Shown here piece by piece: positions 38,116 to 50,595 of a stretch of DNA of 64,000 nucleotides. The position numbers and the translations under genes are program-made. The notes under the pieces are model-generated. The model was not told the origin of the DNA. It saw only the letters and a list, made by a program, of their open reading frames with translations, and searched no databases. The first letter of the stretch is position 1. The number at the start of each line of letters is the position of its first letter. Location: the NCBI RefSeq assembly GCF_963921235.1, contig NC_086097.1:124188001-124252000 (forward strand), written 5' to 3'. The DNA comes from Mobula hypostoma. Lineage: Eukaryota.

Positions 38116-38901
38116 CAATGGACTTGATTAATTGGGCCATCAGTTAATTGAGCTAGCCACCTATTTGGGACAACCCTTAAAGAACAAATCTTAAAATTAC
38201 CAAAATTTCCTTTGTTTATTTGGGACACTATGCTGCTTAATTGGGACAGGAGACTATAGCTGAACAGTTTCCAACCAGCATCAGATGTGTGCACTTGAGT
38301 GGCTATTAGACACTACAATGTGCTTCACTTGTACAATTTTTAAATAGTGTCAGTTGCGTGCACTTGTTCAAAAAGCAGTGGTTTTTGTCACTCATAGTTG
38401 GTGAGAAATAAGCACCAAGACAATTCAGAACTGTTTTGCTCATTGCAGTTTCAAGCATTCAGGCCTGGAGATGACAGAAAGGGCTGGGAGTGAAAATGAA
38501 ATGATTTCACTAATTCAAGTTGGAAATCAACAATCATCTTGAATGTTACAATGGAAATGAAGATTTTTAGGATGCAATCATTGATAGCATTGTATGAAGG
38601 CAGCCCATTATCTACACTAGGTGTCTGCACTGATTTTGTTCATTTACAGTCAATCAAAAAGAACATGACAGTGTACACTGGATGAATTCCTCCATTGATA
38701 ACAATTAGGACCTAGAACAGTGTTATACTACTGTACTACTATTGATAGTGTTCTAATTTGTTCTGCATTTCGTTTAAATAATTTGTTCCTGTTTTTAATA
38801 CCTTTTTAACTATTTCCATGAAACTTTGGCTAATTGCACAACCACTTTATTGGGCCAAAATATACTGGTCCTGACGTGTCCCAGTTAACTGGAATCCACT
38901 G
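38116..38901. mobile_element. Non-autonomous Tigger/pogo-like element
   Basis: ta|caatggacttgattaattggg ... cccagttaactggaatccactg|ta: imperfect TIRs with TA flanks and subterminal ttgggac repeats. Confidence 0.65.
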
Positions 38902-39976
38902 TATTTTGCTTTTCTTTTTGTGTTTGCACAATTTGAAATGTTTTGCACATTGGTTGTTTGTCCATCATTGTGTGAGATTCTCATTGATTCTATTGAATGT
39001 CTCTGTTCTACTGTGAATACCGGCAAGAAAATTAATCTTAAAATAAAAATTTAATGTAATTTATGTTTAAATCTAATCCCCTACAAAAATATGTATATTT
39101 AGATTAGCAAATTGATAACATTAAACTGAATTTTATTTAGGTTTTATGAACTGCAGAATTTATAATCATACAAAAAGTCAAACGATTCGGCCATGTAAAA
39201 ATCAGATTAATTTCTGAAAGGATTTTATATATCAAACTACTATATCTTTAATATTCATTTTAGACTCCTGAATTTCATCAATACTGAAATGCTTCTCAGA
39301 GGTTGACATCTGTAATCCATCCAGCAAACCATCTATTAGCAATTCATGTCTTTTTAACCATCTTTATACAAGTTAACTTTACCCAACTACAAATACTCAT
39401 TCCTGAGCAGGAATGGTTCCTGTATTGCATGTGGCTCAAATTTAATCCATCATGCTTTTCATTGTATCCTATGAATTAAAATGAGAAGAAAAACATTTTT
39501 TAAAATGATCTTTAACTGCAAACAAATCTTGAAAGTTTAAGACATCAAGTATTTTAATAAGAGGATAAGTAATTTGCGAAGTGTATCAGTCTTGGAGACT
39601 GTGTTGAGACCAAGGAATTAAGTTAAGTGAAGAGCTTCAGGGATTTCTGATCTAAAACCACATCTATCGAATGAAGAACAATAATGAACCTTTTTTATGA
39701 ATATTGCCAAAATTACTTTGCAGCTGCTTTTTGGGCAAAAGGAATACATTTACTCTTAACTCATTTGAATTACTAAACTGCATGTTTAAAGTGAAGAATA
39801 CATCAAGCTTTATGCTAGAAACAAGAACTTTAAAAGGACAGGGATGAAAGGCTTAACTAACACTTCCTAATTTCAGCATAAAGGTTGCTAAATCACTGCA
39901 TAAAAACATGGTAAATAAAGTGTGTTATATATCTGGACTTTCAAAGGGATTGTTAATGTGTTGCATAAATGTTAGA

Positions 39977-40780
39977 GTCAGAGTCGGTGAACAAAAACAG
40001 GTCCTTTGTCCAATCCAATCGGCGCTGAACTGTCAGTCTGCTGAGCCCCATCGACCTGCGCCTGGACCATAGTCTTCCATACCCTCCCATCCATGTACTT
40101 ACCCATACTTCTGTCAAATGATGCAACTGAACCTACATCCACCACTTCCGCTGGCAGTTTCACCCTTAACCTATGACCTCTTCTTCTAATTTCACCTAAC
40201 TTCAGAGGAAAAAGCATGCTTGCATTTACCCTATCTCTACCCTTCGTAATTTTGTATACCTCTATCAAATGTCCCCTCATTCTCCTTTGCTCCAGAGAAT
40301 GAAGCCCTAACCTGTTCAACTTTTCTCTACAACTCAGATCCTCAAGCCTTGGCAACATCCTTGTAAATTTACTTTGTACCTTTTCAATCTTATGATATTT
40401 TTCCTGTAAATGCTGTCACCAGAACTGCACACAATACTCCAAATTAAGCCTCACCGATTCTTATATAACTTCAACACAACATCCCTATTCCTGTACTCAG
40501 TACGCTGATTTATGAAGGCCAATGTGCCAAAAGCTCTCTTTATGACCATATCTACCTGTGATGCCACTTTCAAAGAATTATGCACCTGTACTCCCAGATC
40601 CTTCTGTTCTACCACACTCCTTGGTGCCCTACCACTCACTTGTTAATCCTAACCTGGATGCCCTTATAAAATGCAACACCTCACATCTATCTGCATTAAA
40701 TTCCATCTGCTATTTTTCCAGCTGATCTGGATCCCACTGCAAGCCTTGATAGCATTCCTCAATGTCAACTATGCCCCCTT
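39977..40780 (-). mobile_element. Decayed CR1 fragment with 3' end
   Basis: EQKDLGVQVHNSLKVASQVD..., LNRLGLHSLEQRRMRGHLIEVYKI. Confidence 0.88.
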
Positions 40781-41893
40781 AATGTAGTCACATAAAGCGT
40801 TCAGATGAAGTCCTACAGTAGGAGCAGAGAGTTGTATAAAGGACAGAAAACCAATGGACAATTTACAGGTTACCTTGGGTGAAACAATGCTGACAGTCCA
40901 GTACCAATTCATTTTTTAAAAAATGCATGTTACTGAGTTGGGTTTCACAAGATTTATGATACAGGACTAAACAATACAGTGTGAAGTGATGAGGATTGAG
41001 TCCATAAAAAAACTATGCACAAGATTAAGTCAGTGGCAAGTGGGGGAAAAATGCAAGAAACTTCACTGCATTCATTTTGGAAGGAAGAAATGGAAGGTTT
41101 CCTGCACAAGAAATGGATAATGGATCAGTGTCCAATAACAAGACACATTTCTTCTACTACAGATTGAAAATTTGTGATTCATGTATTCAAAAACTAGTTT
41201 ATCCCACACTTTGTGGGCTGATTCCTAGAAAAAAGATGAGTTGGCATTGGGGAGGGTCCAGAGAAGGCTCATGAGAACCACACTCTTGGGACAACAGCTT
41301 CTGAACTCATCTCCCCAGCAAAAAAAAATGCACATTATGAAATGTCTCTGAGCCGTTTGAGATTGGCAACAAGAGTTAACAGGGTGTGCAATAAGAATGG
41401 TACTATTTTATGTTAAAGAGAGAGCAATGTAAAAATTAAAGCATACCCATGTTCAGCATCTTCAGTGTATTTCAAAGTATCTTTAATAGTAAGCAGCACA
41501 AACTAATCTGATAGATTGTACAGCAATTCAGAGCCCATTTCAACTCTCACCACCATCCCCCACTATATCTTTTGAATGCCACAAAATTCAACCCAGGCAC
41601 AAATTTTATGAGAAAACATTCACTCAAAGGAATTATGAAGTCATGTGGGAAAGAACTATTTTTCATAATATTTCAATCAAATTCAAACATTCGAGTCAAT
41701 AAAACTGTTACGCAAGAAATGTGTTTTTGACTAGAGTTCCAGGTTTCAAATCTTGATGCTTGTGATGTATATTAGTTTGTGGCCAAATAATTAAATTATA
41801 ATAAACTAAAGGAACATGTTTAATACTAGAGCAGCAGTAGAAGATTGCAAATTGTATTTCTATTTTAATTCTTCCAGGAGAAAATGGAACATA

Positions 41894-42384
41894 CCCTCAG
41901 TAGCCACTTTATTAGGTACACCTGTACTCCTGCTTGTTAATGCAAATATCTAATCAGCCTATCACATGGCAGAAATCCAATATACAAAAGCATGCAGACA
42001 CAGTCAAAGGATTCAGTTGTTGTTCAGACTAAACATCAGAATGGGGTAGAAATGTGATCGAAGTCACTTTGAACATGAAAATGATTGGTGGTGCTAGACC
42101 AGGAGGTCTGAGTATCTCAGAAACTGCTGATATCCTGGTATTTTCATGCACACGTCTCTCAAGTTGGTGCAGTAAAAACGTCTACTGATCAGCAGTTCTG
42201 TGGGTGAAAATACCTTGTGAGGGGGGTTAGAGGAGAATGGTTATACTGGTTCAAGCTGAAAGTAACTCAAATAGCAACAGTGATGTGCAGCACAGCATCT
42301 CTGAATGCAGAACATATTAAACCTTGAAATGGATGGGCTACAGCAGCAGAGGCCACACCAGGTTCCATTCCTGTACTTAATTAA
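41894..42384 (+). mobile_element. Non-autonomous Tc1/mariner element, copy D
   Basis: ta|ccctcagtagccactttattaggtacacc; internal sequence is alignable to copies A-C. Confidence 0.85.
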
Positions 42385-42557
42385 ATGGGTACTTAATTTC
42401 CCCATAGAGGTTTGATAACATACTCAGAAATTTGAAAAGAACAATATTTGGAAACGTGGAAATGAAAGTTCGTGTAAATCAATTATCTCCTCTCCCTCCC
42501 CCCCCCCCCCCGCCCCCCACCACTCAGATAAACTTAAAATTAAATGTTTTTCCTTAC

Positions 42558-43144
42558 CCACAATCAGGAGCAGGGCACCATCTGCAGTCTGGATCTGCCA
42601 CCAACCAACGGCGTAGCATAAACTCCTCATATTTTTCCATCAGCAAATCATCGTTTAAAATCAATTGAATATCATGGGGATTGAATTTCTCAGTACACTC
42701 TGGGCAGCTTATATTAACCCTACTTTCCGAGATCTCAATTCGCAAGTACTGCCGCAAGCAATCTCCACATGACCTGTGGTGGCATGTCATAATGTCCGGG
42801 AATTTATCCTTAGGTTGACGCAAAAGGCACAGAGGGCATTCAAGAAAGTCTCCACTTTGTTTGTCAGTGGACATAGTCCCACTTTCAGACAAGCCACTGG
42901 TTGACAATATCGAGTTCTTGTCATTACAGATTTCGGAATGAATGCTTTCGATGCTTGCAATTCCATCAACTCCCCCATTTAAGTCCCTGGACTTTTGCTT
43001 TGACTCTCTTTTCCTTCGAAATAGAGATCCAAGTGACAGGCGACGTTTCTTTGGTGCCTTTTTAACTGAGGGTAAACTAACTGAGGATGCAGAGGACTGC
43101 AAGTCACGGTCTGAGTCTACTTGCTGATTGCGATGCAAGCTCAT
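42558..43144 (-). CDS. RNF19A: RNF19A coding exon 1 (start codon, RING1 and start of IBR)
   Basis: [21 protein letters not shown]...[48 protein letters not shown]...RWCPAPDCG. Donor TGTGG|gtaagg at 42558/42557. In-frame upstream TGA at 43163-43165. Probable acceptor ttctccttcacag| at 43304/43303. Confidence 0.96.
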
Positions 43145-43303
43145 TTTTCCTCCACACCTCTCTCAGAGGGTCCAGTCTTGGAAACCTGCTACAAACCAGT
43201 TTTCTTCCAAGCTCCAATCTTTTACAACATTCTCATTCTTCAGACATAGCCGCCCCTCAGGAGAATAGAAGGCAGTTTTCTAGAAAAATTGTTCTAAGAA
43301 TTT
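43145..43303 (-). other. RNF19A: RNF19A 5' UTR part of first coding exon, with two overlapping uORFs (MSEE* 43233-43247; MRML* 43222-43236)
   Basis: Polypyrimidine tract plus cag at 43304-43330; three upstream ATGs, each closed by a stop within a few codons. Confidence 0.7.
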
Positions 43304-43689
43304 CTGTGAAGGAGAAGAACAGGAAACATAAAATCTTTCATACTCTGGCTTCAAATGGTATTACTCATTCTCCGCTCTGTTTATCATTGCTGTTCACTGA
43401 TGACTTTTTGTTTTTTAAAAAGAATTTCTGTTAAAGTGATGCATCTTCAACACCATTACAAAGCTAATACACACCAGTTTAAAACTAACAAATATGGTAG
43501 GGGAAGTAGACAGAATCAATGTTTTAACAATGGCAAATAGTTTTCTGTTCAGAATGGCTTTAATTTAATTCATAGAATCATAAAACTGTTCTGACAGAGG
43601 CAGCAATTATCTTAGTCTATCAATTCTACATCGGCTCCTAAAAGCAATGAATTTGAGATCATATAATCTGCTTAAAGAAGCTTTGCCTA

Positions 43690-43980
43690 GTAGGGTGCAA
43701 TGGTAGCATAATGCTATTACTATACCAGCGGTAAGATTATGGTTCAATTGCCACCACCGTCCACAAGCAGTCTGTAAATTCTCTCGTGACCACTTGGATT
43801 TCCTCTGGGTGCTCCGGTTTCCTCCAACATTCCAAAAAGACACACAGTTAGAGTTAGTGAGTTGTGGGAATGTTACACTGGTGACACCAGCACAATCCTT
43901 GCTGATTTGATTTGATGCAAATAATGCATTTCATTGTATGTTTCCATGGACCTATAACAAATAAAGCTAATCTAATCTTT
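43690..43980 (+). mobile_element. V-SINE/HE1-like SINE
   Basis: tRNA-like head (ggttcaattgcc B-box), V-domain ggatttcctctgggtgctccggtttcctccaacattccaaa, L2-like tail caaataaagctaatctaatct. Confidence 0.65.
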
Positions 43981-44277
43981 TTATACATTTTTCCCTAACA
44001 GGTAGATAAGTGGCAGCTGAAACTTTATTTAGAAAATTCTGACGTGATACGCACCGGCTTTAAAGTTGTGAGGACAGTATAATGAAGTAGCACAGAGGGA
44101 ACTGGGTGTATATCTGGGTAGCGTAACCTGTTTCATACATGCTCAGCCTCATTTTCCTTCTTTACCTTCCATGACTCCCATGATTAAATAAGCTTCTCTA
44201 AACATGCCCGTCTATTTTCAAAGACTGTGCTTCTCCACGCGCTTTAGGAGTACTGGGACTGGAAAGCTTTAAAATAA

Positions 44278-44732
44278 TCCTGGGAATGAAAGGGTTAACC
44301 TATGTGGCATGTTTGATGGCTCTGGGCTCATACTTGCTGGAGTTTAGAAGAATAAGGCAGGGATCTCATTGAAACCTACAGAATATTGGAAGGCCTAGAT
44401 ATAGTGGATGCAGAGAGGATGTTTCCTATAGTGGGGAAGTCTCGGACCAGAGGACACAGTCTCAGAATACAAGGACATCCATTTAGAATGGAGATGAGGT
44501 GGAACTTCTTTAGCCAGAGGGTGCTGAATCAGTGGAATTCAATGCTGCAGATGGCTGCGGAGGCCAAGGTAAAAGTGGAGGGTGGTATGTTCTTGATTAG
44601 TAAGAGTGTCAAAGGTTACGGGGTGAAGGCAGGAGAATGGAGTTGAAAGTGATAATAAACCGAACATGATGGAATGGCGAAGCAGACTCCGTAGGTCAAA
44701 TGTCTTAATTCTGCTCCTTGTCCTCCGGTCTT
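44278..44732 (+). mobile_element. Degenerate CR1 3' fragment
   Basis: GLDIVDAERMFPIVGKSRTRGHSLRIQGHPFRMEMRWNFFSQRV. Confidence 0.85.
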
Positions 44733-46557
44733 ACACCACGCCACTTCATTGATACTGATTCTGACAACATGCATCAGATGTGGATACAAGCTGGATCAGC
44801 TGTCTCTGTGTGAAATTTCGCCATTCTCACATCAATGTCCTCCTGTACTCTATTTCAACACCCTCCCCATGCTCCTCACTGCCTACCATACTTCTAGGTT
44901 TTGCTGCAGCTAGAAATATTACTGTTAGTGGACAGCCAGAGACTTTCTCTCAGGGCAGAAATGGCCAATACCAGGAGTCATAATTTTAAGGTGATTAGAG
45001 GAAATTATAGGAGAGATGTCAGAGGTACAATTTTTTTTAAAGAAAACACTGAGTGGTAATGCACTTCTGTGGATGGTGGTAGAGGCAATGTCAAAGGAAG
45101 GGATAGAATGATTGAGTAGGTTAAAAGATTACTCAGGTCCTTTAGTCCTGGTAACATCCATGCAAATCTTTTCTGCACTTTATGATCAAAATTCAAGGAT
45201 TGAAACCCACTGGCCATTTCATTCAGCTAATATCACACCAGTTATCCAATATGAGTCCCAGTAAATGAGTATTTCATCGCCAATAACAAAATGACTAAAA
45301 TAACTATGCCCAGAACACATGCACTCCTATGTTTCAAACATTCTTTTTATTTTACTTGTGCACAAAGGACAGAATGTCCCATGCCACCCACGCTGTTCCG
45401 AAGCCAGGACAGGACAGGACAGGAAACTGATTTTTATACAGTATTGGCTTATTAGTTACGGATATCGACCATTTGGTAAACTGTATGTTTGAATTCCTTG
45501 CTTGTAAGATCAATCACCATTCACAATTGAGGTGCTAACACTCAATCGAAACTTCAGGCGGACAGCTGATGGTATTTTTAAGTTAGTAAAGCAATTGTCC
45601 CTTAATTGTTGGGTGTATTTCACATCCTTCCATTATTTCTACCCCATCTGATTCTGGCACCCTTGTTGTGTAAAGGGACGCTACATTTTAGGAAGACCTT
45701 TCTTGGAAAGTCTCACTACAGGGGCCTCACTTATCTGGCTTGAGTACACTGCCACAGTCACCCCTATGTATCTTGTCTGCCATAAGCAGAGGCACCTCCG
45801 GTGCTCTCACTTGACTACAACTGCCCCAAGCTACCCTTGCCCGAACGTTGTCTTAACTCTTGCCTTACCACAACTTCCACAAGCCCTTCACTGAGATAAA
45901 TTAATCATTAAGATTTTAAAAATAGTAGCTAGTAAATTTTATTCAGAATAAAACAAGGTGTTCAGAATAATAAAAATACTTACAGTACTACTTGACAGTG
46001 GGAAAAAGAAACAGAATCTTAAAACCTCATTTCAAAATTTGGCCTTGCACTTTTACCTTCATTTGCAAAACCATAAATCTGCTTTAAATTCAACCTTCTT
46101 CCTGCTAGTCAGGTATGCTCCAAAATGCTTCTCATCATGGATCATGTGGTGAAATGATTGGCGTTCACAAGAACCAAAAGTACCTCATTTGCATAGCATA
46201 ATTTATCTAGAGTTAGGTTATGCTTAATGACTCAGCTCTACGAGCAAATTGAAGTGTTTGAATCATCTGTGTTTTTTTTTCCACTCTCAAGGAGCCAGTT
46301 GATATACATTCAGTTTCACATTGCATCCAGCTGAATCAGAGTGAACTCAACAAACACATGAAATTTGTTCTATGATCCATCTAAATCAGGGGTTCCCAAC
46401 CTTTTTTTTATGTCATGGACCCTTACTATTAACCAAGGGGTCTGAGGACCCCAGGCTGGGCACCACAGACCCAAGTCCTAACCCAGTACTCATTTGTTTG
46501 CTGAGTCCACAGCTCCCAGGTTAGCTGACATTTTATCACAAATCGAAGTTCACAAAT

Positions 46558-47540
46558 CGTGCATGCAGCCTGTTACAGCCGCTCCGACTGGTTTTCTTAC
46601 TTTTTACTTCTTACTTTTCTAACTTACGTTATTTGTTGTATTTTTTTTCTCACGGTAACACGTTGAAGCTGCACCCTCTCTAACATGCTGGTAGAGAGTG
46701 TTTTATTTGGGTTTTTAGCGCTGTAAATAGTTACATTCGGACACGTCTCATTAGCGTGGCAGCAGTATGGTCGCACTGTTTATTCCAGGGACCAGCTGAT
46801 TGCGCTTATGCCGGCCGGTTTAGCGAACAGAGTGGCGGACACCCCAGCTGAAATCTGGAGGAAAACACAGAGGATGCAGAGGGGGAATCAAAAAGGCAAG
46901 GAAAGAGGACCGGGTCGAAACAACAGAGACTTACAGAGAAGAGGAGTTATAAGCCGTGTCTTCCCTCTTTCATTATGGGCAGTGTGAGATCGCTGGGTAA
47001 TAAAATGGACGAGTTGACGGCGCTAGCCAGGCGTCAGAGAACATTTCGGGAGTGCAGTGTGATGTGTTTTACTGAAACATGGCTGCACGAGGACATACCC
47101 GACCAAAACATTTCCATGGACGGCTTCTAGACCGTTCGGGCTGACCGGAAGTGCACTGAGAGCAGTAAGCGTAAAGGAGGGGGGCTTGCTGTTCTGGTTA
47201 ACAACAGATGGTGCAATCCTGGTCATATTATGATCAAGGAACGTGTTTGTAGACCGGATATTGAACTTTTTGCTGTTGGATTCCGGCCATATTCCACCAA
47301 GACGCAACACTGGGCATCATTCCTGCCTGTGGTCATCGAACTTTGCAGCTCCTCCCGTGGAGGGTCAGACACCCTGAGCCAATAGGCTGGTCCTGGACTT
47401 ATTTCCAGCTGGCATAGTTTGCATATTGTTTGATGTTTGTGGTTTTGTATTGCTATATTTATGCTCTATTCTTGATTGGTGCAGCTGTAACGAAACCCAA
47501 TTTCCCTCGGGATCAATAAAGTATGTCTATCTATCTATCT
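46558..47540 (+). mobile_element. Internally deleted Rex1/Babar-like LINE (5' region plus endonuclease N-half fused to 3' UTR)
   Basis: Frame from 46951 reads KPCLPSFIMGSVRSLGNKMDEL...CSVMCFTETWLHEDIPD...GF*TVRADR...KRKGGGLAVLVNNRWC, then jumps at about 47292 to a 3' end with aatttccctcgggatcaataaagta and a (TCTA)n tail. Confidence 0.8.
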
Positions 47541-47924
47541 AATTTTACCCCAAGTGTTCAAAATACCAACATTAACACAAACATTTTTAAATTATCAACA
47601 ATGAAAACAGGAGTAGGATTGTGTGGTTGTTGGTCTCCTCAGGCATTTAATTAGATGATGGGCACCTCTCATCCATTTATCACCTTTGTACATTGCCCAA
47701 AATATACAAGGCTATGAACTCGACATTGAACTCTCAATGGGTTCTGATCTTGTTCTGTCTACCTCATTCATCACGATCTTGAGGAAACGTAATCGAAAGG
47801 GTGAGGACCAGTCCAACAGTCCAGTCAGTCCTTTCAATCACAACTCATGTATTCAAACCACAACACCATAAGCATTTGTGTAATTTGCAGACTTACTAAC
47901 CTACCCTTTCACTTCCTTATCCAG

Positions 47925-48450
47925 GTCATAAAAACATCAAAGAGCAGGGGTCTCCAAACAGATCCCTGCTGAACACCACTGGTCACCAACCTCCAGGCAG
48001 AATACACTCTGCCTACTGTCACACTTTATCTGTGTGGGCAAGCCAATTCTGAATCCATGCAGTTAGGTCTGCCTGAATCCCATGCCTCCTGACTTAATGA
48101 ATGAGCCTACCATGGGAATCACTGTCAGATGCCTTATTAAAATCCATATACTCTATATTCACTGCTCCACCTTCATCAGTTTGTTTTGTCACTTCCTCAA
48201 AGAGTTCAGTGAGGCACAACCCTGCCCTTCACAAAGCAATGCTGACCATCTCTCAATAGAATATGCTTCTCCATATGCTCAAATACTATCTCCAACAATC
48301 CTCTCAAGTAGTTTGCCCACCACTGAAATAACACTCACAGGTTTAAATCCCAAGAATTTCCCATTACCTTTCTTGATCACAGGAATAATATGTGCCACCC
48401 TCCTATCTTCTGGTATTACTCTTGTGGTCGGCGAGGATACAAAGATCATA
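47925..48450 (-). mobile_element. Decayed CR1 RT fragment
   Basis: acagatccctgctgaacaccactggtcacc (reverse of the VTSGV-QGS motif); aaaatccatata; cacttcctcaaa. Confidence 0.7.
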
Positions 48451-48469
48451 GTATTAAATTTACTCTATA

Positions 48470-49273
48470 CATACCACTAAAAAAAAATGTTCATGCCCAT
48501 AAAGACTTTTCAAAACGTCACTTAGAAGATACTGCAAAGATGTGGAAGGTCTTGTGGTCAGATGAGAGTAACGTGGAACCTTTTGGCATTAACACTGTGG
48601 TACTGTGATGTAAATGTAATACTGCGCATAGCAAGGTAACACCATCACTACTGTGAAGTATGGTGGAGGTAGTGTCATGTTATGGCAATGCTTTTCAGCA
48701 GCAGGGGCTGGAAATCCAGACAGGATGGTGGAAGAGAATGCTGCTAAACAGAGAGAGACTCCAAATAAAAATCTGTTAGCTTCCGCCAAAAAGCTTAAAC
48801 TGGGGAGGAAGTCTGTTTTTCAGCAGGACAACAACCCAAAGCACACTGCCAGAGCAAACATGGAGGGGCTTCAAATGAAGGAAATTGATGTCTTTGCGCA
48901 GCCTGGAGTCCTCACCTTAACCTGATTGAACATCTCTGGCAAGACCTCAAGATTGCTGTCCACTGCTGCTCCCCAGTTAACCCGGCACAGCTTGAGCAAT
49001 TTTGCAAGGAGGAATGGGCAAACCTTGCTCCATATTGTGCAAAGCTAAAAACAGACTTATCCAATAGGACTACTGGCTGTAATAGCTGCAAGCTGTGGTT
49101 CAACTAAGTACTGAGCAAATGGGGCTGAATACTTTTGAACTGCAGATATTTCAGTTTTTGAATTTTTAGTTTTCATGCTTCACAAATAAAAATTCTCAGT
49201 TAAATTGATCCCTGTTGTAATACTCATTTATGTGAACAAAGGGTTGGGGGCTGAATACTTTTACAAGGCATTG
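48470..49273 (+). mobile_element. Tc1 transposon 3' fragment (decayed DDE transposase plus IR/DR-type right end)
   Basis: VLWSDES, VKYGGGSVMLW and FQQDNNPKHTA motifs; direct repeat ggggctgaatactttt at about 49121 and 49247; ends ...ggcattg|ta. Confidence 0.88.
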
Positions 49274-49950
49274 TATAAATGTTAACTTTGTCATTACTTG
49301 TCAAAAGTGGAAAACTTGCAACACCTAACTTTGTGCAATCTTCATCAGGCTGTCAATGTTGATCAACATATAGTGCTATTGCTTGGACCCAACTGTGAAC
49401 ACATAATTAAGATCAACACAGAGGGAATAATAGTGATGTGCTGCCTTTCAGCTGAGATGTTGAACTTTGAGAGTTGACTGATTAGATTATGATTATCCAG
49501 ACTGGAATTATCTTTCTTCCTGGGAAATAATTGGGTAATTTTCCACATCATTGGGCATACTGCAGCATTATAACTCTACTGGAACAGCTTGGCTAGAGGC
49601 AGAGCCCACTCTGGAGCACAGGCCTTCTTGCTGCCTCTGAAGAATTATAGGGAACTTAAAGTATCTTTCAGCAATACCTCTAATTATCCAAAAAAGTATG
49701 TGGCCATCATTTCATTTCTCTGTTTGATCTTGTGCCAAACTGGTTGCTGTGTTTGCCTACAACCTAACAATAATTGTATTTCTAATATTATAGCAATTCA
49801 TTGAATATGAAGTACTTCAGAACATCTCAAACTCCACATAAATGTCCTTTATCGGTCAGTTTTAATAGTTTTTATTCATCATAACGAGCAGGCATTCACC
49901 CATCCCATCCTTTGCACATCACTCGGGTTATCTGTAGATCCACCAGATGA

Positions 49951-50595
49951 TGTGACTGTGAGACGAGACACTGAAGTTGGCGACATAAAAATCTTTATTC
50001 ATCATAGCAGCAGACATATCCTAAAGACCCTCTCAAAAAGAGTCTCCCAAAATCAAAATGCATCACATTTCTAAACCCTTAAGATCAAGTGCAACAACAG
50101 ATGACACAATACAACTCCAATAGTTACAGTGATATTATCAATATTGGGGAGAGTCTGACAATACTTCGAGATACGTATCCACAATAAGAGGCATCCCTGA
50201 ATGTTCAAACACCTTTGTTGGGACAAAGTAATTTATACAGGTCTAATAGTCAATGGGGATAGAGATCTCAAGACACCCCAAATTAACATCAGCTTCCTTG
50301 AACTCCTGTTACAATGGTGTAGATAACTTAGACAACAGCTGCCAGGTTTGATACAGACTAATTAACATAAACCCATTATTTTATGTTTGGCTGATGCATA
50401 TCAGAAAGTAGAATCATGGTCATTTCACTTTTCAAAACATCTCTTAGCAGCCAGCTCCCTGCAGTGGGCCACCAGCCAGTGCTCTGTTTGCAAAGCTGCC
50501 CTTTTAACTTCAAACTCATTACTGCCTGTAACTATATTAAGAACTATCAGTGGGTCTTATATGATTTAATCTGCTGTATTCATACAATTCCATAA
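49951..50595 (-). mobile_element. Possible solo LTR
   Basis: Begins tgtgactgtgagacgagacac and ends caattccataac; minus-strand AATAAA at 49994-49999, about 45 nt from the end. No TSD found. Confidence 0.3.

Larger units (their letters stand above)
4384..43144 (-). other. RNF19A: RNF19A gene, coding span (9 coding exons, CDS 2505 nt, 834 aa); RBR-type E3 ubiquitin ligase Dorfin
   Basis: Exon peptides are colinear with recalled vertebrate RNF19A (MSLHR...[29 protein letters not shown]1, IBR, RING2, hydrophobic TM segments; C-terminal ...AIHSEI*). All junctions are GT-AG and phase-compatible; the summed length is divisible by 3. Confidence 0.96.

Noticed and set aside
46680..47300. CpG-rich stretch as the RNF19A promoter CpG island
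   Set aside because: The CpGs lie inside a young Rex1/Babar-like element encoding an endonuclease fragment.
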